The notes below the pieces were generated by a model, which saw only the letters and a program-made list of their open reading frames with translations, did no database searches and was not told the DNA's origin. A stretch of DNA of 64,000 nucleotides from Mobula hypostoma. Lineage: Eukaryota. Positions 12,902 through 26,295 of the stretch are shown here, in pieces. Each line of letters starts with the position of its first letter. The stretch's first letter is position 1. The position numbers were made by a program, and so were the translations under genes. Where the stretch lies: the NCBI RefSeq assembly GCF_963921235.1, contig NC_086118.1, positions 16,122,001 to 16,186,000 on the forward strand, in the 5' to 3' direction.

Positions 12902-13664
12902 TTCATCCTGAACAAAAAGAAATGCTAATTTGCAAAGTTGAAGGTGAAGTTCGTAGGGCACCAACAGTCCTCAGAGGGAGTGCTACCAGATACAGACAAA
13001 CTGCCAGGAGTTTGGAACATGCAACAACCTACAGATGTATCAGAGATTTACAGATTCGTTGGCATGGTAAATCAGCTGGAAAGTTGATTCTAGATTTGTC
13101 AGAGAAAAGAAAGCCACTATGAGACCTCCTCTCTCAGAGAAACATTCGAACCTGGGATGCACCACAGGAAAAGTTATTCTCTTCACTTAAAGCACAGCTC
13201 ATCTTTCCACCAACATTGGCGTTCCTTGATCTGAACAAAGCAACCCCCAAGGTCTCAACAGATGCCTCTTCCTTTGAATTGAGGGGAGTGCTCATGCAAA
13301 CTGCAGTAGTGTATGGAAACCAGTGGCATATGCATCAAGAGCTTGACTCCTACTGACAGCGTTAAGCCCAAATCGAAAAGGAGATGCTGGCTCTCATGTG
13401 GCCTTGTGAAAGCTTTAGCTGCTACTTGTTAGGTATTAAATTCCTATTTGAAACAGACCACACCCCACTTGTCAGCCTCCTCAGCTCAAAACACTCGGAT
13501 GACTTACTTCCATGTCTGCAAAGATTCAGAATGAAGCTTATGTGATATGGTTAGTACATTGAACATGCCCCGAGCAAATCTTTCACACCACTGGACACTC
13601 TGTGGAGGATGCCATGCAAAAGTGAGTGGACAGAAGCTGACTCTGTCCTCATGGAAGATGCCAT

Positions 13665-14400
13665 TGTAACGCCCTGGTTAAGATTTTCACTACTAATGCT
13701 GTAGGGTATTTCATTTACTCGTTTTCTGTAGAAGCAGCATGTTCTGCTGATTGTGTTTGGGTTTCAGTTAAAGGTAAAGGGTTGTGATATTCAAATTAGG
13801 AATGTTGGGTCTGCTAATCAGGCTGGTGGTATTGGGAGAAGGTTCCAGATTAAGCTGGGTGGAGAGGTTTTGTGATGGACGCTGGTGGGGATTGTGGTCT
13901 TCTTGGTGGGAGATGGAGAGAGAAAACAATCGATCCACCTGGAATGGGTGATACGATGGACTGCAGGATGGGAAGGTCTACTGGTGGTTGGTGTATAGCA
14001 GCAGCACTGTAAGGAGAGACACACCCAGATTTTGGAAGATATGAGCTCCAACCTGGTGCACATTTGACTGGTTTAATTATAACGGGGACTTTTATTTTTT
14101 CCTTTTTTTTAAATAACTATTTGATTATGCTGAGATTCATAAATACAGCTTTACAGTTGTATGCGGTGTATGATCTGATATTTCTTGCCGATGGATATTT
14201 GCACATAGGCAGTGTTTACACAGTATTCGTTCAGATCAGGGTTCGGGTGGTCATAACATCCCAACTTTGCGGTTTGGTGGGACCCAAATCATACCGACCC
14301 TAGATGTATGGATTTTGAGAAAGATTGTTTTCTCATCGCTGAGTCCAGTGGCTGTTAGTGAGTTACTAATAAGTCAAGAAGCCTGGTAAAAGGGGGTTCA
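13665..14400. mobile_element. Solo LTR (~736 bp)
   Basis: TGTAACGCCC...GGGGGTTCA short inverted termini, 4-bp flanks CCAT/CCAA; removal restores host pol frame MEDANIYL. Confidence 0.72.
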
Positions 14401-15744
14401 CCAACATATACTTAGCTCAGGCATGTGAAAGCTTTCCTGCATCACAGAATAAATGGGATGAAATTTGCACTGTTGAAAAAGGATCAAATCTGCAGCAAGG
14501 TCGTGCAATACGGTGAGAATGGATGGCCAGCTGTTCTAAAAGGAGCTCACAAACTCAGTCCTTACTGACTTGAGAGAAATGCAATCACCATTCTTGATGG
14601 TTTGCTGCGAAATGGCTCCAATCACATTCTATGCACACCAACATCAGTTAAATCCACCAAGGACATCAAAGCATCAAAAATCTGCCTATGAGCAAGGCAA
14701 TCTACGTGGTGGCCTGCTCTGAGCAGGGAGATTACGTAAAGCAATGCCAAGCATGCAGAAAACTGCACAAAAATCATGCTAAACCTCTCTGTCCCACAGA
14801 ACTCTCAGACTTTCCATGGCAAATTGCAGACACAGACATTTTTGCACTGAAGAAACAAGTATCTTCTCACAATGAATTACTACTACCTGAATGTTGAGAT
14901 GTCCAAGCTGTCCTCTGCATAATTAGCAGAAGTTGTACAGCATCATTAAGCTGTATTTGCTCTCCATGGAATACCAGAGACACATGTGTCAGACAACGTT
15001 CCACAATTCAGCTGCTCAGAATTCAAAGTCTTTGCTAGGGACTATGAGTTCAAACACCAGACAAGCAGTCCATGGTACCCACAGGCAAATGGAGAAGCGG
15101 AAAGAGCAGTGCAAACTGCTGAGGGCCTCCTACTGAAGACAAAAGATCTTTACAAAGCACTGCCAGCTTATCGGCTCACACCTCTTGCAAATGGCTACAG
15201 TCCATCAGAGCTGTCAATGGCCTGGTGACTGAGAACAAGCCTGCCTGTTCCTCCTTCCCCTCTCTAACCTCACTTACCAGACTTAGACAAAGTGACATAT
15301 TTTGAGATAACACAGCATGAGAATATGAAAAGCATTCATGATCTCAGACACAGAGTAAAATCTTTGACACTGCTCAGGAGTGGTAAAGCTGTCTGGGTTT
15401 CAGACCAATTCACCAAGGTAACAGTAGTCTGACAGCAGGCACCACGATTGTTTGTGATGAGAACATCACAAGGTGAAATCACGCAGAACAGGCATGCACT
15501 CAGGCGCCTTCAAAGTCCACGAGGGGTAGAGGAAGAAATAGAATGACCTGTTCTTTATGACGAGGACCACATACCTGAGGTGGACATTTCTTATATTTGC
15601 ACTATTGTTTTAAAATGGTGAATGCAATGAACTGTGAAATTATGGGCTGGTTATTTAACTTTGGAGGTGTGCAAGTAATTGCAATCAATTCGAAGAGAAA
15701 GTATTTAGTGAGGTACAGGCTAATTAGGGACAGTTAGGATGGAC

Positions 15745-16660
15745 TAAAACCAGACGATGCAGGAAACATTCAGCAGACACTAGTTGGAAAGAAAGGCAAC
15801 CGATGTTTCAGGTTGGAAATCCTTCACTGGAATTAGAAAATGAGAAAACAATACAGTTTTAGGTTGTAAGAGGGTGAGGAGAGATAGTTCAGAAAAAATC
15901 AATATATCTGATACGTGAGGCCAAATGATAGATTGCCGTGGTGATGCATTTTGTGAAGTAGTTTTGTTGGTAGATTAATGAGGGAAACTGGGGAGAGAGG
16001 GAGGGCAAGGGAGGGAACAAAGTGGCAGATGAAAGCTGTGTAATACAAGTCAGATTTGTTGCAGGAAATAGAAAACAAAATATAGCAAACATCCACTATA
16101 TCTGGCTAGATCTGTGAGAGGGAAAGTTGAGTTCATATTACAGACCGATACCCTGATTGGAGAACCAGCCAGTTCTGAAACAAGTTGAGAAAGTAAGTTA
16201 CCTGAAAAGGTCAGATATGCCCAGATGGAAAATGAGATAATATTCTTCAGCCTTTCTGTACAATATGGTCTTGTTGGCACTGTGCAAAAAGCCACAGACA
16301 GATAATCAGCGTGAGAATTGGATGAAGAATAAAAATGACGAAGTTGGAAGCTCAAAGTCAATCTTGCAGACAAATGAAGGTAGGCCACAAGACAGTCACC
16401 TTATCTCTACCAGTTCAAGCATTAAATGTAATAACAAGATTGGAAGTAGCTCCATGAATTGTAGCTTCATCTTGAAGACTATTTGGTCTGTAGATGGTGG
16501 GAAGGGAACCAGTTGCATAGGAATGTGTCATTTGATGGGTGGTTGGATGAGATGGAAATGTAGACCTAGGAGTTGTGAAGGAAACAGTCCCTTTGAAATA
16601 TTTAAAGGTGAGGTGAGGGGATGATGATTCTGGGTGGTGGTAACTCACTGAAGGTGACTG
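15745..16660 (-). mobile_element. Old, highly degenerate Penelope-like fragment
   Basis: Decayed terminal motif GATGCAGGAAAC..GATGTTTCAGGTTGGAAATCCTTCA, purine-rich tract, remnants resembling the endonuclease region at 1-395. Confidence 0.55.
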
Positions 16661-16699
16661 AACCTAAACTTGCAGTTGCCTGTCACTGCATTTATTCCT

Positions 16700-16965
16700 A
16701 TATTTAAAGTAATTGGTGTAAAGATTGTTGAAGAAAACTAATTTCACCCAGAGGATTGTCAGTGTGTGGAACTCACCACCTGAAAGGGTGGCAGAGCAGA
16801 AAAAAATAATCTTTCGCAAAATGCTTAGACTTTTTCTTGAAGATCTGCGGAAAGACGAGGGACAATTCCTAGGTGATGGAATTGGGTAGGACATCATTTT
16901 TTCAACTAGCATAGACACTCTGGGCTGAATGGCACCCTCTATGGCAAATGTTCTATGATTTCTGC
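16700..16965 (+). mobile_element. Degenerate CR1 3' end
   Basis: TTCACCCAGAGGATTGTCAGTGTGTGGAAC and GGGCTGAATGG..TTCTATGATTTCT tail. Confidence 0.6.
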
Positions 16966-17334
16966 CCATTGAAGGACCTGCCATTTAATTGAGACTTATT
17001 ACGTGACAAAGAATTGTGCAATGTTGTTCATCAAGATTACCAGTTTGTTTTTGATCAGTTGATTTCCCATCATGGTTCTCACAAATAAAACTATTACATA
17101 AAAAGCAAGGTCCATTAACCTCCTTCATAATATCAAATCTATTGATTAAAAAAACACCCAGAGGTTTACAGTGAAGCAATAGTAAAAAGTAAAATTGAAT
17201 TCAACAAATATGGTCATTTGGTAAGCTAACAACTAGTAAATGACAATGGAGACAGCTCTGTAATTGCAACCACTGTAGACATTATTAGTACAGGAATCTG
17301 CTTTTGCAAATACTGAAATTCCAGAGCATTAATT

Positions 17335-18135
17335 CAAAGTTCAAAATAAATTTACTATCAAAGTACATATATGTCACCATATTTCTTGTGAGCAGACTCA
17401 ATTAAGCCATAACAGAATAACAATAGAATCAATGAAAGCCTGCACCAATATGGACACTCAACCAGTGTGCAAAAGACAACTAACTGTGCAAATACAAGAA
17501 GAAATAATAATAATAATAATAATAATAAAAAAGAAGCAATAAATATTGAGATTATCAGATGAAGAGTCCTTGAAAGTGAGTCCCTAGCTTGTGGAAGTAT
17601 TTCAGTGATGGAGCAAGTGAAGTTGAATGGTTATCCCCTTTGGTTGAGGGGTAATAACCTGGTGGTGCGTGTTCTGAAGATTCCTGTACCATCTTCTTGA
17701 TGGCAGCAAAGAGAAGCAAACACGGCTTGGGTGGTGGGGGTCCCTGATGATGGATGCTGCTTTCTTGCAACAAAGCTCCATGTAGATGGGGAGCGCTTTC
17801 CCCATGGTGGACTGGACAGTGTTCACTACTTTTTGTAGGACTTTCCTTTCAAAGGTATTGGTGTTTCCATATCAGGCTATGAGGCCCCCAGTCAATATAC
17901 TCTCCACCACGCATCTATAGTAGTTTCTCAGTTTTAGATGGCACGCCGAACCTTTGCAAACTCCTAAGGAAGTAGAGGCACTGCCATACTTTCTTGATAA
18001 TTGCACTTTCGTGCTGGGCCCGGGTCAAGTCCTCCAAAATGGTAACACCAAGGAATTTAATGTTGTTGACCCTCTCCACCTCTTATTCTCCAATGAGGAC
18101 TCGCTCATGGACCTCTGGTTTCCTTCTCCTAAAGT
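17335..18135 (-). mobile_element. Rex1/Babar-like LINE 3' fragment
   Basis: KKAASIIRDPHHPSRVCFSLLPSRRWY in ORF 17602-17826; (TAA)n tract near 17505-17528. Confidence 0.7.
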
Positions 18136-18182
18136 TCAAGTTGGCTTTAACTGCGTGACAATTTCTGTTATCTGGCTGGGTT

Positions 18183-21100
18183 AACATAAGACCATAAGAT
18201 ATAGGAGCAGAATTAGGCCATTTGACCTATCGAGTCTGCTCCACCATTTCATCATGGCTGATCCAATTTTGCTCTCAGCGCCAGTCTTCTGCCTTCTCCC
18301 CATGTCTCTTCAGGACCTGACCAGTAAAGAATATATTAACTTCTGCCTTACATATACATAAATACCTGGCCTCCACAGCTGCCTGTGGCAAAGAATACCA
18401 TAGATTCACCACTCTCTGGCTAAGAAATTCACCCTTATCTCCATTCTAAAAGGACACCCCTCTAGTCTGAGGTTGTGTCCTCAGGTCTTAGACTGTCCCA
18501 CCATAGGAAACATCCTCTCTACATCCACTCTATCAAGGCCTTTCACTATTTGATAGGTGCCAGTGAGGTCACCCCTCATTCTTCTAAATTCTAGTGAATA
18601 CAGGCCCAGAGCATCAAACACACTTCATATGACAAGCCATTCAATCCTGAAATAATTCTTGTGAGCCTCCTTTGAACCCTCTCAGTTTCAGCACATCCTT
18701 TCTAAAGGGCCCAAAACTGTTCACTACACAGTACTCCAAGTGCAGCCTCTCCAGTGCTTTATAAAGTCTCAAAGTTACATCCTTGCATTTATATTCTCAT
18801 CCTCTTGAAATAAATGTGAACACTGCATTTGCCTTCCTCACCAGACTCAAACTGCAAATTAACCTTCAGCGAATCCTGAACAAGGATGCCCAAGTCCTTT
18901 TGCACCTTAGTTTTTTTTGTTTTTTCTCTTCACTTAGAAAATAGTCAACCCTTCTACTAAAGTGCAAGACCAGACACTTCCCAACACTGTATTCATTCTG
19001 ACATTTCTTTGACCATTCTCCTCATCTGTCCGGCCTTCTGTAGCCTCTCTACTTCCTGAAATCTACCTGCCCCTCCAGCTATCTTCATATCATCTGCAAA
19101 CTTTGCAACAAAGCCATCAGTTCCATCATTCAAATCATTGACATATAACGTCAAACAAATTGGTCCCAACACAGCTTCCTGTGGAACACCATAGAACATA
19201 GAATAGTACAGCACAGTACAGGCCCTTCGGCCCACATTGTTGTGCTGACCCACAAACCCTGCCTCCCATATAACCCCAACCTTAAATTCCTCCATATACC
19301 TGTCTAGTAGTCTCTTAAATTTCACTAGTGTATCTGCCTCCACCGCTGACTCAGGCAGTATATTCCACGCACCAACCACTCTCTGGAATAAAAAACCTTC
19401 CTCTAATATCCCCCTTGAACTTCCCACCCCTTACCTGAAAGCCATGTCCTCTTGTATTGAGCAGTGGTGCCCTGGGGAAGAGGCGCTGGCTATCGACTCT
19501 ATCTATTCCTCTTAATATCTTGTACACTTCTATCACGTCTCCTCTCATCCTCCTTAACTCCAGAGAGTAAAGCCCTAGCTCCCTTAATCTCTGCTCATAA
19601 TGCATACCCTCTAAACCAGGCAGCATCCTGGTAAATCTCCTCTGTACCCTTTCCAATGCTTCCACATCCTTCCTATAGGAGGCGACCAGAGCTAGACACA
19701 GTACTCCAAGTGTGGCCTAACCAGACTTTTATAGAGCTGTATAATTACCCTGCGACTCTTAAATGCTATCCCTCGACTTATGAAAGCCAACACTCCATAA
19801 GCTTTCTTAACTACCCTATCTACCTGTGAGGCAACTTTCAGGGATCTGTGGACATGTACCCCCAGATCCCTCTGCTCCTCCACACTACCAAGTATCCTGC
19901 CATTTAATTTGTACTCTGTCTTGGAGTTTGTCCTTCCAACGTGTACCACCTCAAACTTCTGCAGGTTGGACTCCATCTGCCACTTCTCAGCCCACTTCTG
20001 CATCCTATCAACATCTCTCTGCAATCTTTGACAATCCTCTACACTATCTACAACACCACCAACTTTTGTGTCGTCTACAAACTTGCCAACCCATCCTCCT
20101 ACCACCATATCCAGGTTGTTAACAAAAATGATGAAAAATAGAGGTCCCAGAACCAATCCTTGTGGGACACCACTAGTCACAGCCCTCCAATCCGAATGCA
20201 CTCCCTCCACCACCACCCTCTGCCTTCTGCAGGCAAGCCAATTCTGAATCCACCTGGCCAAACTACCCTGGATCCTAAGCCTTCTAACTTTCTGAATAAG
20301 CCTACTGTGTGGAACCTTGTCAAATGCGTTACTAAAATCCATGTAGATCACATCCACTGCACTACTCTCATCTATATGCCTGGTCACCTCCTCAAAGAAC
20401 TCTATCAGGCCTGTTAGACATGATCTGCCCTTCACAAAGCCATGCTGACTGTCCCTGATCAGACCATGATTCTCAAAGTGCCCATAGATCCTATCTCTAA
20501 GAATCTTTTCCAACAGCTTTCCCACCACAGACATAAGGCTCACTGGTCTATAATTACCCGGACTATCCCTACTACCTTTTTTGAACAAGGGGACAACATT
20601 TGCCTCCCTCCAATCCTCCAGTACCATTCCCGTAGACAACGAAGGCATAAAGATCCTAGCCAGAGGCACAGCAATCTCTTCCCTCGCCTGGTGGAGCAGC
20701 CTGGGGAATATTTCGTCAGGCCCCGGGGACTTATCTGTCCTAATGTATTTTAACAACTCCAACACCTCCTCTCCCTTAATATCAGCATGCTCCTGAACAT
20801 CAACCTCACTCATATTGTCCTCACCAACAAGTTCCCTCTCATTGGTGAATACCGAACAGAAGTATTCATTGAGGACCTCGCTCACTTCCAGAGCCTCCAG
20901 GCACATCTACCCACCTTTATCTCTAATCGGTCCTATCTTCACTCCTGTCATCCTTTTGTTCTTCACATAATTGAAGAATGCCTTGGGGTTTTCCTTTACC
21001 CTACTCACCAAGGCCTTCTCATGCCCCCTTCTTGCTCTCCTCAGCTCCTTCTTAAGCTCCTTTGTTGCTACCCTATATTCCTCAATAGACCCATCTGATC

Positions 21101-22012
21101 CTCGCTTCCTAAACCTTACGTATGCTGCCTTCTTCCACTTGACTAGGTTTTCTACCTCACTTGTCACCCATGGTTCCTTTACCCTACCATTCTTTATCTT
21201 CCTCACCGGGACAAATTTATCCCTAACGTCCTGCAAGAGATCTCTAAACATAACCACATGTCCATACCACCAGCAGCCAACCACAAAAGGCTCCCTTAAT
21301 TCCCTTTGCTCCTGCCAATCAGCCACTGCTTTATCCATGCTAGAATCTTTCCTGTAATACTATAGCTTGTTAAGCAGCTTCATGTGTGCCACCTTGTCAA
21401 AGGCCTTCTGAAAATCCAAGTGCAAAACATCAACCAATTCTCCTTTCTCTATCTTGCTTGTTATTTCTTCAAAGAGTTCTAAAAGGTTGTCAGGCTAGAT
21501 TTTCCCTTGAGGAAACCATGCTGATTACTGCCTGAGACTTCATTCTAAAGAATCGACTCCAAGAACTTCACACTGAGGTCTGACTAACTGGACTATAGTT
21601 TCCTTTTTTCTGCCTCTCTCCCTCCTTGAAGAGTGGAGAGACATTAGCAATTTTCTAGTCTTCCAGAACCATTCCAAGATCTAATGATTGTTGAAAGATC
21701 ATTACTAATGTCTCCACAATTTCTTCAGCCACCTCTTTCAGAACTCTGGGTGTACACCATCTGGTCCAGGCAACTTATCTACCTTCAGAGCTTTCAGCAT
21801 CGCAAGAACCTTCACTCTAGTAATGGTAACTTCACACACTTCATGACCCCTGACACCTGCAACTTCCACCATACTGCTGGCGTCTTCCACAATGAAGACT
21901 GATGCCAAATGCTTATTCAGTTCGTTTGCCAATTCCTTGTCCCCCATTACTACCTCTCCAGCATTATTTTGCCATCTGATATCCACTCTCGCCTCTCTTG
22001 TACACTTTAGCA
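18183..22012 (-). mobile_element. CR1 LINE (18183-19190 and ~21263-22012) split by a second CR1
   Basis: RT motifs GVPQEAVLGP..FVAKFADD and LKVDKLPGPDGVHP; host sequence resumes after 21262. Confidence 0.85.
19191..21262 (-). mobile_element. Younger CR1 LINE fragment (RT domain, 404-aa open stretch)
   Basis: ORF 19692-20906: KSPGPD, NYRPVSL, QHGFVKGRSC, YMDFSNAFDKVPH, GVPQGLVLGP, KFVDD, RPHLEYCV; tail CTATTCTATGTTCTAT at 19191. Confidence 0.93.
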
Positions 22013-22594
22013 TCTATTAACGCAATTTAAGGCTAGTTAACTAGTCCAATACTTTTGAAGAAATTGAGTACATTTCCGCAACATCGGTAACAAATTTGTG
22101 TGGAGGATAATACAGTACTATCATGTGGATTGATCAATGTTGCCATTTCACATGCTAGGAACTCCTCACTTGTTTGATCTTAATTCATTTGCTTATTCTA
22201 TCATCTTAGGAATTGACCTAGGGTAATATATATATCTTAAAAGTAAATATACCTTAAATACGGATGCCATAATAATATACAGTACTCCAGGTGCAGCCTT
22301 ATCAGCTCCCCCTGTAAAGTTGTAGCAAAATGTCCCTTGGTTTAATATGTACCACATCCCTTACAATAAAGGTCAACATTCCATTAAGTTTCTGAATTAT
22401 TTTAGCTCATTGATACAGCAAGTAATGTTTGAATATTAAAAAAAACATTTACATAAACTATCAGGAAGCACATGTGGAAAGAGAAATAGAGACAATGTCA
22501 TAGGTAAAAGACAGAGTCAGCTCTAACAATAGGATCTCAATCTAAATGTTAACACTTCTTCTCTTTTTACAGATCTTTAGCACGACGAGTGCTC

Positions 22595-23050
22595 AAATGG
22601 CTTATATCTGTTAACATATGAGGAACGTTTGTCCGCTCTTGGACTGTATTCCTTGGAGTTTAGAAGAAAAATATGAGGGGGGACCTCATAGAAACATTTT
22701 GAATGTTGAAAGGCATGGACAGAGTGGATGTGGCAAAGTTGTTTCCCGTGATGGGGGAGTCTAGTACGAGAGGGCATGACTTAAGGATTGAAGGGCACCC
22801 ATTCAGAAAAGAGATGCGAAGAAATTTTTTTAGCCAGAGGGTGGTGAATCTATGGAACTTGTTGCCACAGACAGCAGTGGAGGCCAAGTCATTGGGTGTA
22901 TTTAAGGAAGAGATTGATAGGTATCTGTGTAGCCAGGGCATCAGAAGTTATGGTGAGGAGGTGGGGGAGTGGGACTAAATGGGAGAATGATAAAATGGTG
23001 GAGCAGACTCGATGGGGCGAATGGCCGACTTAGGCTCCTTTGTCTTATGG
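22595..23050 (+). mobile_element. CR1 3' fragment
   Basis: TRGHDLRIEG..FFSQRVVNLWNLLP and GTCTTATGG tail. Confidence 0.88.
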
Positions 23051-23959
23051 TTAATACACTGCTTTTTATAATATGAACTCTTGTGGATTCACGCCACAGT
23101 TTATAGAGAATCATGAATGCATATCCTCAGGTGGTATTTTTGTGGTGAGAGTAATTTTTCAGTGGAAGTGGGGTCATTGGCTGAATGGTTAATGCGAAAT
23201 TGCATCAGCCTTCGCTGGAAATGAAGGGGATCACACGGAGCTATGATACCACTTTACATTGTGTATTTTAAATTGTTTTCAAGTAAATCCTTCAGCATAA
23301 CTGGTAACTATAAAAATACGACTTTAATATGCACCAAGTTTTTCATATTGGATTTTTATAAAATTTATTAAATTTGCTTTGAAAAGCTTATGTACAAAAA
23401 TGAGTTAAGGTCTCATTTATTTCAATTTAAACATCTTCAGATCATCTTAGAAATCCTGAGTTGCATGAAAATATTAATAATTTCTTTGGATTTCTGTCAG
23501 TCTTAAAAAAAAATTCAAGTCTCAATGCCATAACTTCTAGCACTGGGTGAAATTCTTTCTAGAAAAAGCTCAAACAAGAACAAAGTCAGATAGTTTCCAG
23601 AGTACTGCATTTCATTTAAATATGAATTCCACAAAAGGCACATGACTGTTGGGTTATGCTTATGGGTGTAAAGTTTAATTTGATGTGGTTTCATGCCAAA
23701 ACTAGGAATAAAGTAATCACTATGAAAATATACTTAGATGCCAGCAGGGCTGGTAGGATGTGCATTGCCAGCTTTAAATGTTGATTGATTCAAAGCCAAA
23801 CACTGCAGTGTATCCAAAAGGCTAGCTCAAATCCAAATATAAAAATGGATAACTGGAATGAATAAAAACGGGACAGGAAAAACCATTATAATCAACTCAA
23901 AATATGTTGATGCTGCAATATTAATTCTTAAAATGAATTTATTTGTTTTTTGCTTGCAT

Positions 23960-24482
23960 GCTTTCAGTGGCCATTTTATTAGGTACAGGAGTGGAACCCG
24001 GTGTGGTCCTCTGCTGCTGTAGTCCATCCAGTTGAAGGCTCAATATGCTGTGCATTCTGAGATGCTCTTCTGCACACTACACATGGTATTTGCATTACTG
24101 TTGTGTTCCTACCAGCTTAAACCAGTTTGGCCATTCTCTTCTGACCTCTCATTAACAAGGTATTTTTGCCCACAGAACTGCTGCTCACTGGATTTTTTTT
24201 TGTACTATTCTCTCAACTCTGGAGACTGTAGTGCATGAAAATCTTAGATCAGCAATTTCTGAGATACTCAACCCACCCCATCTGGCACCAACAATCATTC
24301 CATGTTCATAGTCACTTAGGCAGAAATGGAATCTCATTCTTACATACTCGGCCTGAATAACAATAGAAGCTCTTGAACAAGTCTGCATGCTTTATGAATT
24401 AAGTTGCTGCTACATGATTGGCTGATTAGATATTTACATTAGAGGTGGACAGGTGTAAGTAAAAAAAGTGGCCATTGAGTGT
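23960..24482. mobile_element. Non-autonomous Tc1-like element (MITE)
   Basis: Imperfect TIRs TCAGTGGCCATTTTATTAGGTACA / TGTAAGTAAAAAAAGTGGCCATTGAGTG then TA; transposase N-terminal remnant LSDYEHGMIVGARWGGLSISEIADL on minus. Confidence 0.75.
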
Positions 24483-25074
24483 ATAGCTTTTTCATAAAGG
24501 GTAACAAAATGCTAGGAATCACAAATCTCAATTATTGACAGGAATAAAACCTTGAATGCATACTTCTCTTACAACAGCAGGATGTCTGAAAACAGTTGAA
24601 TTTCATTGGCTGCATAACTTTAATGGTGTAGAAAGCATAACGAAGTAACTGAGGCAGTGCTGCTCACTTGGGAATGGCACCTTTTGGATGACATCAATGA
24701 ATAGTGGGACCTTTGTTGCAGTTGGAGTCATTTTGAAGAGTAGTCCATAGTTTTATGCTCAATAGTTAACTCTCAGACATTACTAAAACAAATTATCTGG
24801 TCACTATCATACTGCGTCACTGAAGCTTGTCTGATAACTGTACTTAAGGATTTAAATAACCTAGAAAAAGTCAGCTTGACACAGATGGTAGAAAACAGTG
24901 GAAACCCTACTAAATAGGAAAAGATTAGTTATTTGACTGGATTTTGTAGTTGTAAAACGTCTACAATGTTACAAAATACTGATGGATTATGCTACTCCAT
25001 GAATCATACAAATGTTTGTACATTAGAATATACAATTAGCTTGCTTCTAGGTAAAAAACAATTAATTTATCTGT

Positions 25075-25354
25075 AAACAACAGGAATTCTGCAGATGCTG
25101 GAAATTCAAGCAACACACATAAAAGTTGCTGGTGAACACAGCAGGCCAGGCAGCATCTCTAGGAAGAGGTGCAGTCGACGTTTCAGGCCGAGACCCTTCG
25201 TCAGGACTAACTGAAAGAAGAGTGAGCAAGGGATTTGAAAGTTGGAGGGGGAGGGGGAGATCCAAAATGATAGGAGAAGACAGGAGGGGGAGGGATAGAG
25301 CCAAGAGCTGGACAGGTGATAGGCAAAAGGGATACGAGAGGATCATGGGACAGG
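25075..25354 (-). mobile_element. 280-bp Penelope-like terminal unit with hammerhead and 10-bp TSD
   Basis: Same sequence family as 4690-5576; ATTTATCTGT at 25065-25074 and 25355-25364. Confidence 0.88.
25172..25209 (-). ncRNA. Hammerhead ribozyme motif, best-preserved copy
   Basis: Minus strand TAGTC-CTGACGA-AGGGTCTCGGCCT-GAAAC-GTC-GACTG: intact core and GUC cleavage triplet. Confidence 0.8.
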
Positions 25355-25619
25355 ATTTATCTGTGGTGGGGTAATGGTGTAGTCACATTAGGATCAATGG
25401 ATGGACCAAATTGATGAACTAGGTATCAGAATTGAAAAGGAAATTTTAAATTTGAAATGTGGAAAGTGGGAACACTTATTACTGGATAGGATTGCAACAA
25501 GAAATTAGCGAACTAGTATGGTGCTCATATTGATAACGGAATACCTGTGAAGTAATGGAAGAGATGGTGAACTAGGCTCCTGGCCAGAACTGGCATGCAC
25601 AATCTCTGTGCAGGGGTCT

Positions 25620-26295
25620 CATCTCAGAATCAGGTTTATGAGCACTGATTTATTTTATGGCAGTAGAACAGTACAAATACATATTACTGTAAATTATGAA
25701 AGAAATAGTGCAGGAAAAGGAATAATGAGGTAGCATCCAGTAGAGCAACTGGCAGCCCTTCTATGGGATCAATGTGTTTTACCCAAGGTTCAATCCTTTT
25801 AGATGTTGAAATCCAAAAACTTGAAGTTGCTCACCCTTTCCACAGTTGACCACTTGTCAGGACTCCTATTTCCTGAAGTCCACAATCAATTCTTTGGTCT
25901 TGCTGTCATTGAGAGCAAGGTGGTTGTTGTGATACCACTCAGCCAGCTAATCTGTCTCATTTCTGTCCACCACTTCATTGAGATTTAACCAAGAACAATG
26001 GTGCCATCTGCAAATTTATAAATGGCATTTGAACTTTGGTTAGCCACAGAGATAACTCTAGAGCAGAGGGTTAACACATCCTTAAGGTGCACCTCTTAAT
26101 TGATAGAGAGATGAAGTTACCAACAAGCTGTAATGACTAGTCCCCCAATGAGGAAGTCAAGGATCAGAAGCAGGGGGAGGTACAGAGGCCCAAAGCAGAG
26201 TGAGATTGTGTCTGCTGTAGCAGTAGGTGAACCAGAGTCCAGGTTCTCGCTCAGACAGAAGTCAATTCTGCTTGTAACCAACCTCTCAAAGCATT
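25620..26295 (-). mobile_element. Degenerate LINE fragment, probably Rex1/Babar-like
   Basis: Tail AGAATCAGGTTTAT; RT remnant (minus strand reads IYKFADGTIV); resembles 17335-18135. Confidence 0.5.

Larger units (their letters stand above)
8055..15590 (+). mobile_element. Degenerate Ty3/Gypsy LTR retrotransposon with four nested insertions
   Basis: Probable 5' LTR ending ACAACA at 8196 with AATAAA at 8121; PBS TGGCCTCAGAAGTGG (8197-8211, 13/15 to tRNA-Leu-type TGGTGTCAGAAGTGG); gag remnant ~8560-9050; protease FKMDTG; RT ICVDLTKLN/FTKLDANSGFWEI; RNase H ~13200-13610; integrase SDNVPQF..SSPWYPQANGEAERAV. No 3' LTR recognised. Confidence 0.88.
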
